A stretch of DNA of 63,965 bases, filler included, from Reticulomyxa filosa (Eukaryota > Protista > Foraminifera), in the NCBI GenBank assembly GCA_000512085.1. It is 20 parts of 20 records of this genome, joined end to end, with 100 filler letters (N's around TTAATTAATTAA, not from the genome) between each part and the next. Parts side by side here need not be neighbours in the genome. Positions count along the whole stretch, not along the records: positions 36,301 to 41,305 come from ASPP01042142.1; positions 41,406 to 44,571 come from ASPP01015321.1; positions 44,672 to 46,152 come from ASPP01025630.1; positions 46,253 to 47,508 come from ASPP01021720.1; positions 47,609 to 49,953 come from ASPP01013369.1; positions 50,054 to 57,179 come from ASPP01020610.1; 14 more parts are not named here. One strand, given 5' to 3'. The stretch's first letter is position 1, and each line of letters begins with the position of its first letter. The translations under genes were made by a program, and so were the position numbers. The notes under the pieces are model-generated. The model saw nothing but the letters and a program-made list of their open reading frames with translations, ran no database searches and was not told the DNA's origin. Positions 38,640-50,106 of this stretch are shown here, piece by piece.

Positions 38640-39367
38640 TTACAACCTTGGTTTGTAAGAACACCAAGACGGGGAAGCAGTTGCTACACAGTTCCACTGC
38701 CTTATTGATTCCCTTATCTCTTTTTCATTTTCTGACGTTGATAGCCACGGATGTGTTAATGCCCACTATTTTTTAAATTATCATCCCATTACGTATGTAC
38801 ATACACACACTTATATACAACATCGGCACTCTCACACCATTGGCAACGTAAACATATGCGTATACACACACACACAAACACAAACAGTATTTGAACTTGA
38901 GCAGAAGGACGATCGGCAGGTGTCGGGGTAAGTAACGTGGAAATGAAGTGTTCACAAAGTGATGACAAGTGCTGGGAATGAGGAAATTGCCATTGATTAT
39001 GAAGTACTGCATGTTTAATCTCTTTTGTCGTTTCACCTCGAAAACATCGTTGTCCTGTTACCATCTCAAAAGTCATCACAGCAACGCTCCAGACGTCTGT
39101 TCGATTCATTTCATTTGTTTTAATATTTATTACTTTTTAAATGGATTGCTTTTTTTTTTTTTTTTTTTTTGATCAGAAAGAAGAAAAAGGTGAAAGAGTA
39201 CAAAAAAAAATTATATATTTACCAGACGATTTAAGATGCCAGTTGTAATGAAGTCTACATTTTTGATCAAACACACAACAAAAAACAAAACAAAAAATTA
39301 ATACATCCCTGCAAAAAAGGTCATATCCTTTTTCTTTGAGTGTTCATTTGACACGTATACATATTGC

Positions 39368-39398
<31 letters not shown>

Positions 39399-40447
39399 AA
39401 GGGCGAGAAGTAAAACAACATCGCAGAGCCAAAAAAATCTGGTATACGTAAAAAAAAAATAAAAACAAAGAAAATGTGAAACTGCCATCTTTCAGGTGCC
39501 AGATAACACGCAGTGCCAGTAATTTCATTGCACACTTTCCAGTCATCTTCGAAAGCAACGGCCACGCCAAAGTCGATTAGTTTGGGTTTGTCCAACGAAA
39601 TCGTGTGTTTTTGATGTCCATTGGCATTTACCGGTACGCTGTATTTGAACACGATATTCTCTAGCTTCAAGTCGCAATGCGCGACATTAAACTTGTGCAA
39701 ATAGCACAGTGTTTCCAACACACTTCGAATGACTTCTTTTTGTTTTGTCTTCCGACAACGGCCGCATTTTGATCATCCCTTTTTTTTTTAAGTTTTTTTT
39801 TTTTGCAGGTTTGTTAAAAATTTTTTTATTAACAAAAAAAAAATTAAACGGAATAAATCAATATCGCCCAATTCCATCAAAATGTAATTGTGATCTTTTG
39901 TTACGAAAGTGCATTTTTGTCTGTATTTTTTTAATATATATGTATATAAGGTCTTTTAGGTTTCGGTCTCTTCTTTTTTTTTTTTTTTTTGTTGAAGACA
40001 ACTTTAGTCCTATTAACTTGACAATGTTGTCCCATTTCAAATGCGTCAAAATATTTGATTCATTCTTGAAACAGTCTTCGGCAAATTTGTTGCGACGCTG
40101 ACACCAAAAACAAACAAAAAAAGCCAAAAAGGGATGAGGGAAAGAAATCAATTGACTCCGTTTCAAAAAAAAAAAAAAGTTAAACACATAAAGTATGAAC
40201 ACAAAACTGGCATCTTCTTCAGTGCATAGCAGATCTTTGTGTTGACATCTCGCACCTTGTAGACAGTCGATGATATACCCTCTCCGAGCTTGTTCATCAA
40301 TTCCAACGAAATAATCGCATCCGATGCCGGCATGTTTTTATGCCACTCATGGCAATGCAGCTGCAGTTGTTTTTGCTTCTTCGGCAAGTTGGACTTCTTC
40401 TCTCCCAACTTAGTTTTTAAAGTATTGTTCGGAGTAAGCAGATCCAT
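38640..40447 (-). CDS. Ser/Thr protein kinase (CAMK-like), multi-exon
   Basis: LGEG.SSTVYK, YALKK, HCDLKLEN, DFG, GT..YLAPE, DVWS.AV, RPSA..AL.HPWL. Confidence 0.9.
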
Positions 40448-40871
40448 GTTCTCAATTTCCGCTTTACAATAAAAAAAAATACAAAAACAACAAATGCTTT
40501 AGGTGACTGGTGTAAAAAAAAAACTAATAAAACCACAACAACTTTAAAAGACTGTTCTAAAAAAACTCTAAAAGTGTTGTTTTTCTTTTGCTCTTATTTA
40601 TTTATTTTTAAATCAGAACAAAGCAATGATATTATAATCAACACTGTTACTTTCATGTTTCATTCCTCCGATTGACAACACCATGGAAAGAGGAGAGATA
40701 ACAATGATTTTAAGGAGTAGCAACAAAGTATATTGTTCTCTGGCAGAAAATTGACAATGGCAGCAAGTCACGCACGCTTCAGCACTTTGAACTTTTTTTT
40801 TTTAAGTAACAATAATTTGCATTTTGCACGCTCCGAAAACGTATTTTTCGGTGGGACTTGTATTTGTGTGA

Positions 40872-41305
40872 GATGGCGATCCAAACACTCCGCAAAGGTA
40901 AGAATAAGAATTTTTCAGTTCAAGATGCAATATTGATGGAAGAAGATGAAGATGAAGTCGAAGACAAGAGGACGAGTAAGACAGCAAAGGCTCTGTTTTT
41001 TTCGGCGAACAAAAAGCCGGTGGTGGCATCGACGAGAGCGAAAGCGTGGAGAGCAGAGACAGCAAGGAATGGGAAGCAGCAGAGCAAAGAGATCTCGACA
41101 GTAAAAGACGAGGAGGACACAGATATGAATATTGAGACGGCCTCGGAGACAGAGACAGAGACAGAGCACGACAGAGATGGGAATAAAGAGGAGGAGAATA
41201 CGACAAAGTCGAAAGAGCGTGACGATGAAGAGAAGAAGAAAGAGGAGGAAAAGGAGAAGGAGAAGGAGAAGGAGAAGGAGAAGGAGAAAGAAAAAAAAGG
41301 AGATG
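40872..41305 (+). CDS. Charged low-complexity hypothetical protein (partial)
   Basis: Open E/K-rich frame running into the contig end. Confidence 0.45.
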
Positions 41306-41555
41306 NNNNNNNNNNNNNNNNNNNNNNNNNNNNNNNNNNNNNNNNNNNNTTAATTAATTAANNNNNNNNNNNNNNNNNNNNNNNNNNNNNNNNNNNNNNN
41401 NNNNNAAAAAAAAAGAAAAGATGTAACAATGTATTTTGTTGTTATTGTTGTTGCGATTGATTAAAAATGTTTTTTTTTCCAATTTTCCCTCGTACTTTGA
41501 AAAAAAAAAAAAAAAAAGGTAAGTCTCCCATCTCCCCTCCCTTCTTTCTTCTACT

Positions 41556-44015
41556 TCACACAATTGACTTCATCTTTTGGATTGACGTGGCCTCCATGAA
41601 CCTTGTTTCGGAATCCTTGAGCAAGGAGATGACCTCTTGCATGGACGTATCAAAGACCTCAAAGAGTTCTCTGTAGGAAAACGGGTCATCTTTCTTCTTC
41701 CCTGCGCATTTTTTGAAAAAGGCAGTGAGTTTTTTCCGAGTGCGAAACGAGATATTGATTTGCAACTCTGCCTCCTCCTCGATATAGCGATGATGCAGCA
41801 CATGCGCAATGTGATGATAAGACGTCAAGTTCTCGGCATTGGGGACTTGAGTATCTCCCGTCCATTGCTTGTACACTATCGCTGATTGCGGAATGGTTTT
41901 GTGATTGGGATCGTTGGTTGGCATTGGCAGCATCATCAATTTATAACCTTTACGCACACACACACACACATGCACATGCACATACATACTTAATTTTTTT
42001 TTTTTATTATCTATTTTTTTAAAAAATAAAAAATAAATAAAAACCTTGTGAGGATAAGACTTGCTGTATATCTCCATTGGCATCTTGGAGAAGAGAATTG
42101 GCCGAGTCGAAAAACTCTTGGTCTTCGGACGTCGCTTGACTGACGATGGCCGCGTAGTTGATCTGGTTCAACCGAGATGACCGAGGGCTCTGCAAGCTGG
42201 CTGGGGCATGCAACCCGCGGGGACTCGACGGGGGAGACGACGTGCTATCCACCGACAGATTCGAGCTGAGTTGGCGCGGTACGGTTTGGTTCTTCAAAAT
42301 TTCGGCCAATAAAGGGATCACAAATTCATGGTCATCAAGCATCGCCTGTTTAAACTGGGTAAATTCAACGCATGACAGCAAGCATTCCATGCTGAACCTG
42401 TTCAACACATAATAATTATACATACCTTTTTTTTTTATTAATACAAAAAGAAAAAAAGAAGCAATAACTAATAACTAATAACTAATAACTAATAACTAAT
42501 AATAATAAATATATATATTTATTATTTTTAGTTATTAGTTATTAGTTATTAGTTGACAACTCAACTCATCACACAAATGTGACATAAACATTTCGAAGCC
42601 ATAGGCATTGCTCAAGGTGTTGATCAAGGCATCGGAACATAAAACCAAAGGGGTACGATCATCACTTCCGAAACCGCGACTGACGGTGGTTTCGGCGGAT
42701 TTATCGCGTGAGCTGACTTCGGTGTACGACTCGTCCCGCACGGTTTGCTGGTGCACGACGGAATAGCGGATGCCGTGGGATTCGTCTTTGCTCAGTTGGT
42801 ATACCACAAACCACGTGGTGGTCAGCGCCATCGCTGTGAACGTTACCAACTCCACGTATGCAAATGCCATATACGCCCAAAAGTAACCCATCGGCGCAAA
42901 GCTTACCACAAACGAGGCGACACAGTCCAAACAGTAAAATACTGTAAAGATTTTGCATTCTTCCATTATATGCAGTCTGTTATGTTCCACATGCAAAAGG
43001 GACCCCGTTTTTTTTTTTTTGTTTGTTTGTTTGTTTTTTTAAAAAAAAAAAAAAATTTAAGAGAATAAACTGATCGTAAAAAGCTGGAGTTTTATACCAC
43101 GTTCCAAAAGTGGCAAGCACACCGAGCGAGTAGAACATGACGTCCAACAGGAGAGCACTTTGATAAGACCACCAATCCCACATGACACCCATGTATCCTA
43201 TTGTCACTATCGTCGCGGTAATGAGATAACAGACAAACAGTGGATATATCATCCAACGGCGGTTGCCCAACGTATTCTTGTAGCGCATGAAAAAGTCTTC
43301 ATCTGGTACCCCCCACCCCATACCCCCCATTTCACCCCATCCCCTCCTGGTAAAAAGGAACGTTGTATGAAAAAAGTCGTATATAATATACACGTACAAG
43401 TTTTTGATTCATTCAAAAAAAAAAAAAAAAAAAAAAGGGTCTTCACCAACTTCTACTTTGGAAAAAAAAAAAAAAAATTTGCAAATCAATGTACCTATTT
43501 CTGCATCCAAAAGTCTTTTCCAAGCTGATGATTTTAAGTGATTTGCGTAGTGCATCTAATTCCTCATACCACCACAACCGGAACAAAAAAAAAAAAAATT
43601 TCTTGAGATGGTGATCAACAGATACATACACACAAAAAAAAAAAAAAAAAAACAACAAAAAAAACGTAACTTTGTAGTAGTTCATCCAATAGCGAAATAC
43701 GACCGTGTATAGAAATAGGTACAAACAAAACGAATAAATAATGTCATTAAGATACTCTGCCACCACCAATTTACTCTTCTTCCAATTTAAACGATCTCCC
43801 GTTGGCAAAATACATCCAAGGGTATTAGCCACCCCTATTTGTATCACCACGCATACTAGCAACAGACGCACTATTTTCGGACTCCTTTTTTTCACTGCCA
43901 TCGTGTCACCATACTGTTCGTAACGATACCATGAGTACAATATTAGCGGTATTGCTACCAAGTACTCTAAAATCAACAAGAAGATAAAGGCTCCAAGCAC
44001 CGCCGAATCCGACAT
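41556..44015 (-). CDS. 7TM-RGS protein (membrane domain fused to regulator of G-protein signalling domain)
   Basis: Multiple TM helices with KKRSP and PAFYDQF.I.EE. RGS motifs GFEMFMSHL..E|FSMECLL..VEF.QFK and YI...AELQINIS...LF.VFD...EV.SLL.DS..RF. Confidence 0.88.
42473..42554. repeat. Near-perfect 82-bp intronic palindrome built from (AATAACT)n / (AGTTATT)n
   Basis: 41-bp arms around the 42513/42514 axis with a single T-T mismatch (42500/42527). Confidence 0.9.
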
Positions 44016-44296
44016 TGATATCAAGGTCAGATATTTTTGTTTGGAATTTTCAAATCCAATATTAAAGCGAACACAAGCCTTTGAACGTTGGCTCTTGTAA
44101 AAGCCAGAAAAAAAGGTTTGGGGACTAGAGCGTCTTTCTTTTAAACAAAAGACTATTGGCTGTACAGTTTTTTTGTATTTTACTCTTTTATTGCTTTCGT
44201 GGTTTTGTTGCTGCCTTAGCTGTGACAAACTGCAGTGTCTTGTAAAAAGTGCGTTCCGTCGAGTTCCTTTTTTTTTTTGATTCATTAAAATCGAAA

Positions 44297-44491
44297 ATGA
44301 CGGAACCAATAAAATTTGATCTCACAAAGCCAAAGAAAAAGGTTCAATTGGCCGAGGCAAAATGGCGCTTGAAGGATTTTTGGATAAACTTTTCCAACTC
44401 GCAAGACGACGGCAGCCGTTACCTAATGGATCTGCTGTCAAAAATCGCGAAAGAAAGGGACAAAAACGAATACGAACACAAACTTCAGGGG
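44297..44491 (+). CDS. First exon of a hypothetical protein divergent from the 7TM-RGS gene
   Basis: MTEPIKFDLTKPKK...KLQG followed by a GTAAG donor. Confidence 0.5.
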
Positions 44492-44671
44492 TAAGCACTT
44501 TACGACAAAAACGAGAGAAAAATTAACCTCAAAAAAAAAAATTGAAAAGTGGGGTAAAAAAAATTGGAAACNNNNNNNNNNNNNNNNNNNNNNNNNNNNN
44601 NNNNNNNNNNNNNNNTTAATTAATTAANNNNNNNNNNNNNNNNNNNNNNNNNNNNNNNNNNNNNNNNNNNN

Positions 44672-44993
44672 TGTTATTGTTATTGTTATTGTTATTGTTA
44701 TTGTTATTGCTATTATTGATATTACTATTATTGTTACTGTTGATGCTGTCGTTATTGCTGTTACGTTGGTTGAAAGCGGCGATCGTTTGTAACACTGAAC
44801 GTACTGGTGGTTCCGTGCTTATTTTGTTTTTTTCTTGTTCCACTTCTTTCTTTTGTTTTGTTCCCTCCTCGCCACTTGTTTGCTCATTCTGAGTGGGCGA
44901 AACAGTCAAGCGAGATGCTTCTGGGTCTCCTTTAGCAAATTTTTGCACCAGATCTTGCACTGTAAAACTCCGAAATCGTCCAGTTTCGGTCAT
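44672..44993 (-). CDS. Hypothetical protein 5' end with poly-Asn
   Basis: ATG at 44993, open to the contig end. Confidence 0.5.
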
Positions 44994-45839
44994 GCTTCAA
45001 TCTCTAGGTTTTTTTATTTTTGATGTGCCCTCTTGTAGAAACGTTTCTCTTTTTTTTTTTTTTGCTGTAAAAACTTGTTTTGAGTTAATACTAATGCCTA
45101 TCTTGAATAAACAGTTTCTTTTGTAATTCAACTGAAAAAAAAGTCTTTTAAAGTCAAATTAGTAGAAGTTACAGATTTCAGAAATTGAAACAAATTTTTC
45201 AAAGGCTCAGTAATCGCAATTAAAAAAGGAGAGACAAAGTAGAACAAAGTTCATTGGAGCACAAAAAAAAAAAAAAAACATCACATGAACAAGAGCATTC
45301 TTTTGTTGAGGAACGTTTGCAAAAAAGTGATGAACATGCATAATATTTTTGACGGAATCTTTTCTGTGTGTTCTTGCTCTACGGAAACACCTGCTTGAAC
45401 TTTGCGGAAGACTATCACCGGAATAAAATCTTGTAAAAAGAATATACTTACAAACTGGCTTCATCAATTTACACTGGCATTTGCTTATTAACGTTATACA
45501 ATTTCGTTGCCAGTCTTTGGCGATCAGAACTAAAAAAAGTTGGTAACCAAGACCGAAGTCCAGAATCATTGCCACATAATTACAATTATAATTACAGCCA
45601 TTATCGCCACAGTTACTACAATTATTATTATCACAATACCACTGGAATACTATAAAAAAAAAATTCATATCATTATCAACATCAAAAACCATATATGTAA
45701 ACACTTACCTGGAATATAAAAGGACCGATGCTCAGATGAAAACAACGACGATGCATTGAGAATGTACCAGCATATGATGTACATTGCAATGGGAAAAAAA
45801 ATAAGAACGAAGTGAGAATGGATGGGGAAATTTATTCAC

Positions 45840-46152
45840 GCTGGAGACTTGTAGTTAGTTGAATAAATCATCAACTCACTACCTCTCAACATCGCGTGCG
45901 CGCCAGGAGAATTGTAGTGCTTGACTCATACCTCTCAACAGTCGCTTTTAATTACAGTCGGAGACTTATAGGATTTTTCTCCTACCTCTCAACAGTCGCT
46001 TTGAATTATAGCCGGAGACTTATAGGATCTTTATCCTATCTCTCAACAGTCACCATAATTAAAGCCGGAGACTTATAGGATTTTTCTCCTACCTCTCAAC
46101 AGTCACTGTAATTAAAGCCGGAGACTCATAGAGCCCGCATCTACCTCTCAAC
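45840..46152. repeat. ~53-bp tandem array with two conserved blocks and structured variable segments
   Basis: TA(C/T)CTCTCAAC at 45880, 45929, 45983, 46037, 46090, 46142. GGAGA(C/A)T at 45843, 45906, 45960, 46014, 46067, 46120. The array runs off the contig end. Confidence 0.92.
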
Positions 46153-46337
46153 NNNNNNNNNNNNNNNNNNNNNNNNNNNNNNNNNNNNNNNNNNNNTTAA
46201 TTAATTAANNNNNNNNNNNNNNNNNNNNNNNNNNNNNNNNNNNNNNNNNNNNCTACGTGTATGGCAAGTTAAGCAGCCACTTCCTTTTTTTGTTTCAAAA
46301 ATCATGTGAATGAAGAAAATACATATTGAAATATAGG

Positions 46338-46849
46338 AAGTGCGGATAAAGTATACATAGTATGCGGCAAGGCTTATGGATGCAAAGGCGGTGGTGGATT
46401 GTACATGGTTGATCCAAAAATGCCAAGTCGCTCAACGTTGATAGGACAGCAAGAATGGGAAAATGCAACCCACATGACAAGCATTGGCAAACATCTGTAT
46501 ATAGTATGTGGCCTCCCAGGTTAATAGATTGTTTATCCTTTTGTTTTTTTTTAATTTTTAATTTTTGTTTGCTTGGATCATAGGCGGTGGTGGTGGTATT
46601 TGGGAGGTAAATACGGTCACTGATGGAAAGCCTGTGGAAGTTGCAAGTGGATGGAAATACACATCGTGCATGGTGGGCTTGGAAGATACAAAGAGAATTT
46701 ATTTGTGCAATGGGGTGGCCAGGAATCAACAAAGAACAACCTCGACTCCGAATCCTGCTGGCTTGTTCTCCTTTGACCCAACCAATCCAAGAGAGGGCTA
46801 CCAAACATTGCAACAGAGTGGATGGATCAATGCCACTTTGATGGCATAA
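46338..46849 (+). CDS. Repeat (beta-propeller-like) protein 3' end, 2 exons seen
   Basis: Spliced internal repeats: VYIVCG...GGGLY.VD...W.NAT.M..IG..LYIVCG.|GGGIW.V...W.....M...IYLC...LF.FD...W.NATLMA*. Confidence 0.6.
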
Positions 46850-47043
46850 AAAAAAGTTGAGTTTCAGAATTGAAAATGTTTTTTGGCTTGATCCTTTTTT
46901 TTGTTTTGAACATTGGTTTTCAAGGCCGTTCTAAAATAAAAATCAAACATGTTAATGAATAACAAAATTAAAAATCAATACTTACGAATGAATTGAAAAA
47001 GAACGCATTCTTAAAAATTAAAAAAATGAAACGCAAGCACAAT

Positions 47044-47508
47044 TTATTCCCAAAAACGGAGTTTCCCATTTTTTGTTCCTAAACATATCGTGTTTTTTCC
47101 TTCTTTTTTCATAAAATTAAAACTAGTGATTCTTCCATCATTCTCATCCCCATAAAGAGTAAATAGCTGTTTTGCACACGAACGGATATCCCAAAAACGA
47201 ATTGTATTATCATATGATCCAGAACATATTATATTTGAATAATCACCCGATTTAATATTTTCTATTATAAATGGAGCGAATTCAACGGCATAAATACCAC
47301 ATTTATGTCCATAGAATGAACTAACTACTTTATTGTATCTGATATCATATAAACAAATATTATTATCCCATGACCCAGATAAAATTAAATTTGAGCCGCC
47401 TTTATTTTTTAATTTATTTGACCCATATTTTACACTTGTGACTCCGTTTTTGTGTGAATTAATAGTAAGTAATGGTTTGCACGTGTTTACATCCCACACA
47501 CGAATGGT
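47044..47508 (-). CDS. WD40-repeat protein C-terminal half
   Basis: Homologous to 23435-24529 (SVKYGSN...ILSGSWD, ICSGSYDNTIRFWDIRS). Confidence 0.88.
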   Translation of the reverse strand, partial: TIRVWDVNTCKPLLTINSHKNGVTSVKYGSNKLKNKGGSNLILSGSWDNNICLYDIRYNKVVSSFYGHKCGIYAVEFAPFIIENIKSGDYSNIICSGSYDNTIRFWDIRSCAKQLFTLYGDENDGRITSFNFMKKEGKNTICLGTKNGKLRFWE

Positions 47509-47608
47509 NNNNNNNNNNNNNNNNNNNNNNNNNNNNNNNNNNNNNNNNNNNNTTAATTAATTAANNNNNNNNNNNNNNNNNNNNNNNNNNNNNNNNNNNN
47601 NNNNNNNN

Positions 47609-49830
47609 AGATTCACTGAACTTAAGTGCTTTAGACGGTACTGTGAGAACAAAAGCATTGTTTGTTGCTATCATTAAACGTCTCAAAAATAACAAACTCA
47701 CGAAAGGACTAGACAATTCTGACACGTTACTTCCGGAACCGCTTATACCTGTGGACACAATGCATAAGAAGCCCAACACTGAAAATGCGACGATTGCACA
47801 AAAGCCAGCAGCTGCCACGAATCAACTTCAACAAGCTGACACATTCGATAATCACTTGCAAACAAACCTGCCTCCAAACAAAAACAAAGACAGCGAAAGA
47901 AAAAATGACAGCACTTCCATTGGTCCAATTGGCAACACTGGCAATAAGGCATCAGAAGAAGAAAGTACATTTAATTTTTTTTTTGTAAAAAAAAATTGAA
48001 GTGATGACATTTTTTGCTGACTGTGCGAAATCTGCTGACTATGAAAAAAAAAATGGGGGTGAAACCTTTTAGGGAAAGTAGCAAAAACGGGTAATGAGCA
48101 ATCAGCAACGAATTGGCTGTTTGATCGAATATCACCATGTGGAGACGATGAATGGCTTTGGCAACGATCCATATCCGTGTTTGTGTGGAAAAGAGACAAA
48201 GGAGAAAATATGATTTGAGTATGTGATAGAATCAAAGGATGATAATCTGATAGGATTGTTGCGACATGATTTGATTGTAAACAGTGGAATAAGAATGCAA
48301 GAGATTACAGTAGTGTGAATGCGTTAGCAAAAGATTTCGAGAAAGCGACACAAATCAATTGGGACAAATTTTTACATTCGCTTGGAACACACATGAATAT
48401 CCAAAACATGGACAATGTTTCGAATCGAAAGAATGTTCCTGGTAGTAGCAATGATAGTAATGGTGATGATGGGAGTAACAGCAGCGACACGACAATGCAT
48501 ACCTTCCATGAAATGATGCACCATCCCATTCCAATTACGCCGGAGACGCAGCAGATGCAATTTGCATATCGCATGGGACATCAGATGGAATCATTGGAAG
48601 GCTTTTACGTCGGATACCATTACATATTGCAACAGCAACAGCAGTCAGGTTGCACTGCAAGACAATCCTCCTCTTTGCTCCAACCGTCCCACCACGCTAC
48701 ATCAGACTACAACGTGTCAGTCAATGACCCACTTGCGTGGGGACACATCACAGATCCGTCCATTCCACCAAGGCAAGACGAACAGAAGAGGCAGTCGGAT
48801 GAAGTCGATGCAACAAAAGGACAAGGAAAGCGAACATGAAAAAGGAAAAGAAGAAGAACAACACCAACAATACCAAGGACAACAAGAACATACAAAAGCA
48901 AGACCTGGACCAGAACCAAGACCAACAGCAGAAACAGAAGAAAGAAAGGTACCTGAAACAACGCAGACAATTGCCAACGCAAATTCAAAACACTTGGCTT
49001 GATCGAACGAAAGAGCTGCAAACAAATCCCCCGTCGGAAATTGCCAGACCCGATTTTGTGACGCCGGTCAATCCGCAGAAGCAGCTGCATGCAACCAGAG
49101 CATGGCATCGCAAACACGGAAAAAACATGGACGAGAAGGCTGCAATCGACGTTGCTCGAGCAACAGAGCGACGAGTCGTACCAGGGGAGTACTGGCACGT
49201 ATTTCACGAGAAATGATGATAACAGCTCAGGGATGCCTTGCTACCAAAGCGTCATGGACGCAATCACTATTGCCAAAGTTGACAACACATTGGACATTTG
49301 CGATAGTTCCGACTGAGAGGAAAGCCACAGCGAAGGTGACACCGCCTTGGACACTCAACACAGGGGTAAACCCATCGACACTTGTGTCAAACATAGCAAC
49401 GTGAGCACGAAATCCTCGTCGAATTTGTGGCTGCAAAGCGTGTTTCAAGTTGGCTTTGTCTGATGTCGAAAGAAGCTGGAGGGCCTCCGGGATATTGCGG
49501 TAGTCATATATCTGACGTTTGGTTCAACACTTCCGCCCAATGCTATACTCTTATCACCGAAAATGGGCCGATTTTGTGTCCCCGACTCAGACACGTCCGA
49601 TTGGTTTTTCCAAAAATAGAAAACTGGACATTATGCAATTGAATTATTACCGATTGAAAGTTTTGAAGACTGTATTTGAGTGGGTTATATTGGAACAGGG
49701 AAGGGAGGGAGACAGGAAAAATCAACCGAAGTTACATTGTTGTTCTTGTATGGCCCTGACAAAAGGAACAAAAAAGAAAACACTGCTGCGTGGCTTCGAA
49801 TTTGCGAAACTTCGTCGTTGTTTTACAGAT
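47609..49830 (+). pseudogene. Degraded coding-like region of unknown origin
   Basis: Overlapping short ORFs in alternating frames with elevated GC. No diagnostic motif recognised. Confidence 0.3.
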
Positions 49831-50106
49831 TGAAACACCAGTGAACATGTTACTTCAAATCCAAATGAAAATCAAGATAAACATAACAATACAAAAAAAA
49901 GTAAAAAAGACAAAAAACAAAAAGAATAAAAATGCTGATATTTCAATTCCACANNNNNNNNNNNNNNNNNNNNNNNNNNNNNNNNNNNNNNNNNNNNTTA
50001 ATTAATTAANNNNNNNNNNNNNNNNNNNNNNNNNNNNNNNNNNNNNNNNNNNNAAAAAAAAAAAAAAAAAAAAAATAGGTATAACCAATCAACTTCAAAT
50101 AAAAAG

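Noticed and set aside
39920-40020. Non-canonical GA donor in a kinase intron
   Set aside because: Nearby canonical GT donors give an in-frame product.
42463-42500. Telomeric repeat
   Set aside because: (AATAACT)n is intronic, not G-rich and not terminal.
45840-46152. CRISPR array
   Set aside because: Variable parts are only 9-24 nt and related to each other, there are no cas genes, and the context is eukaryotic. Kept as a structured repeat instead.
47609-49830. Retroelement RT/RNase H
   Set aside because: No YxDD or convincing RNase H motif could be reconstructed.
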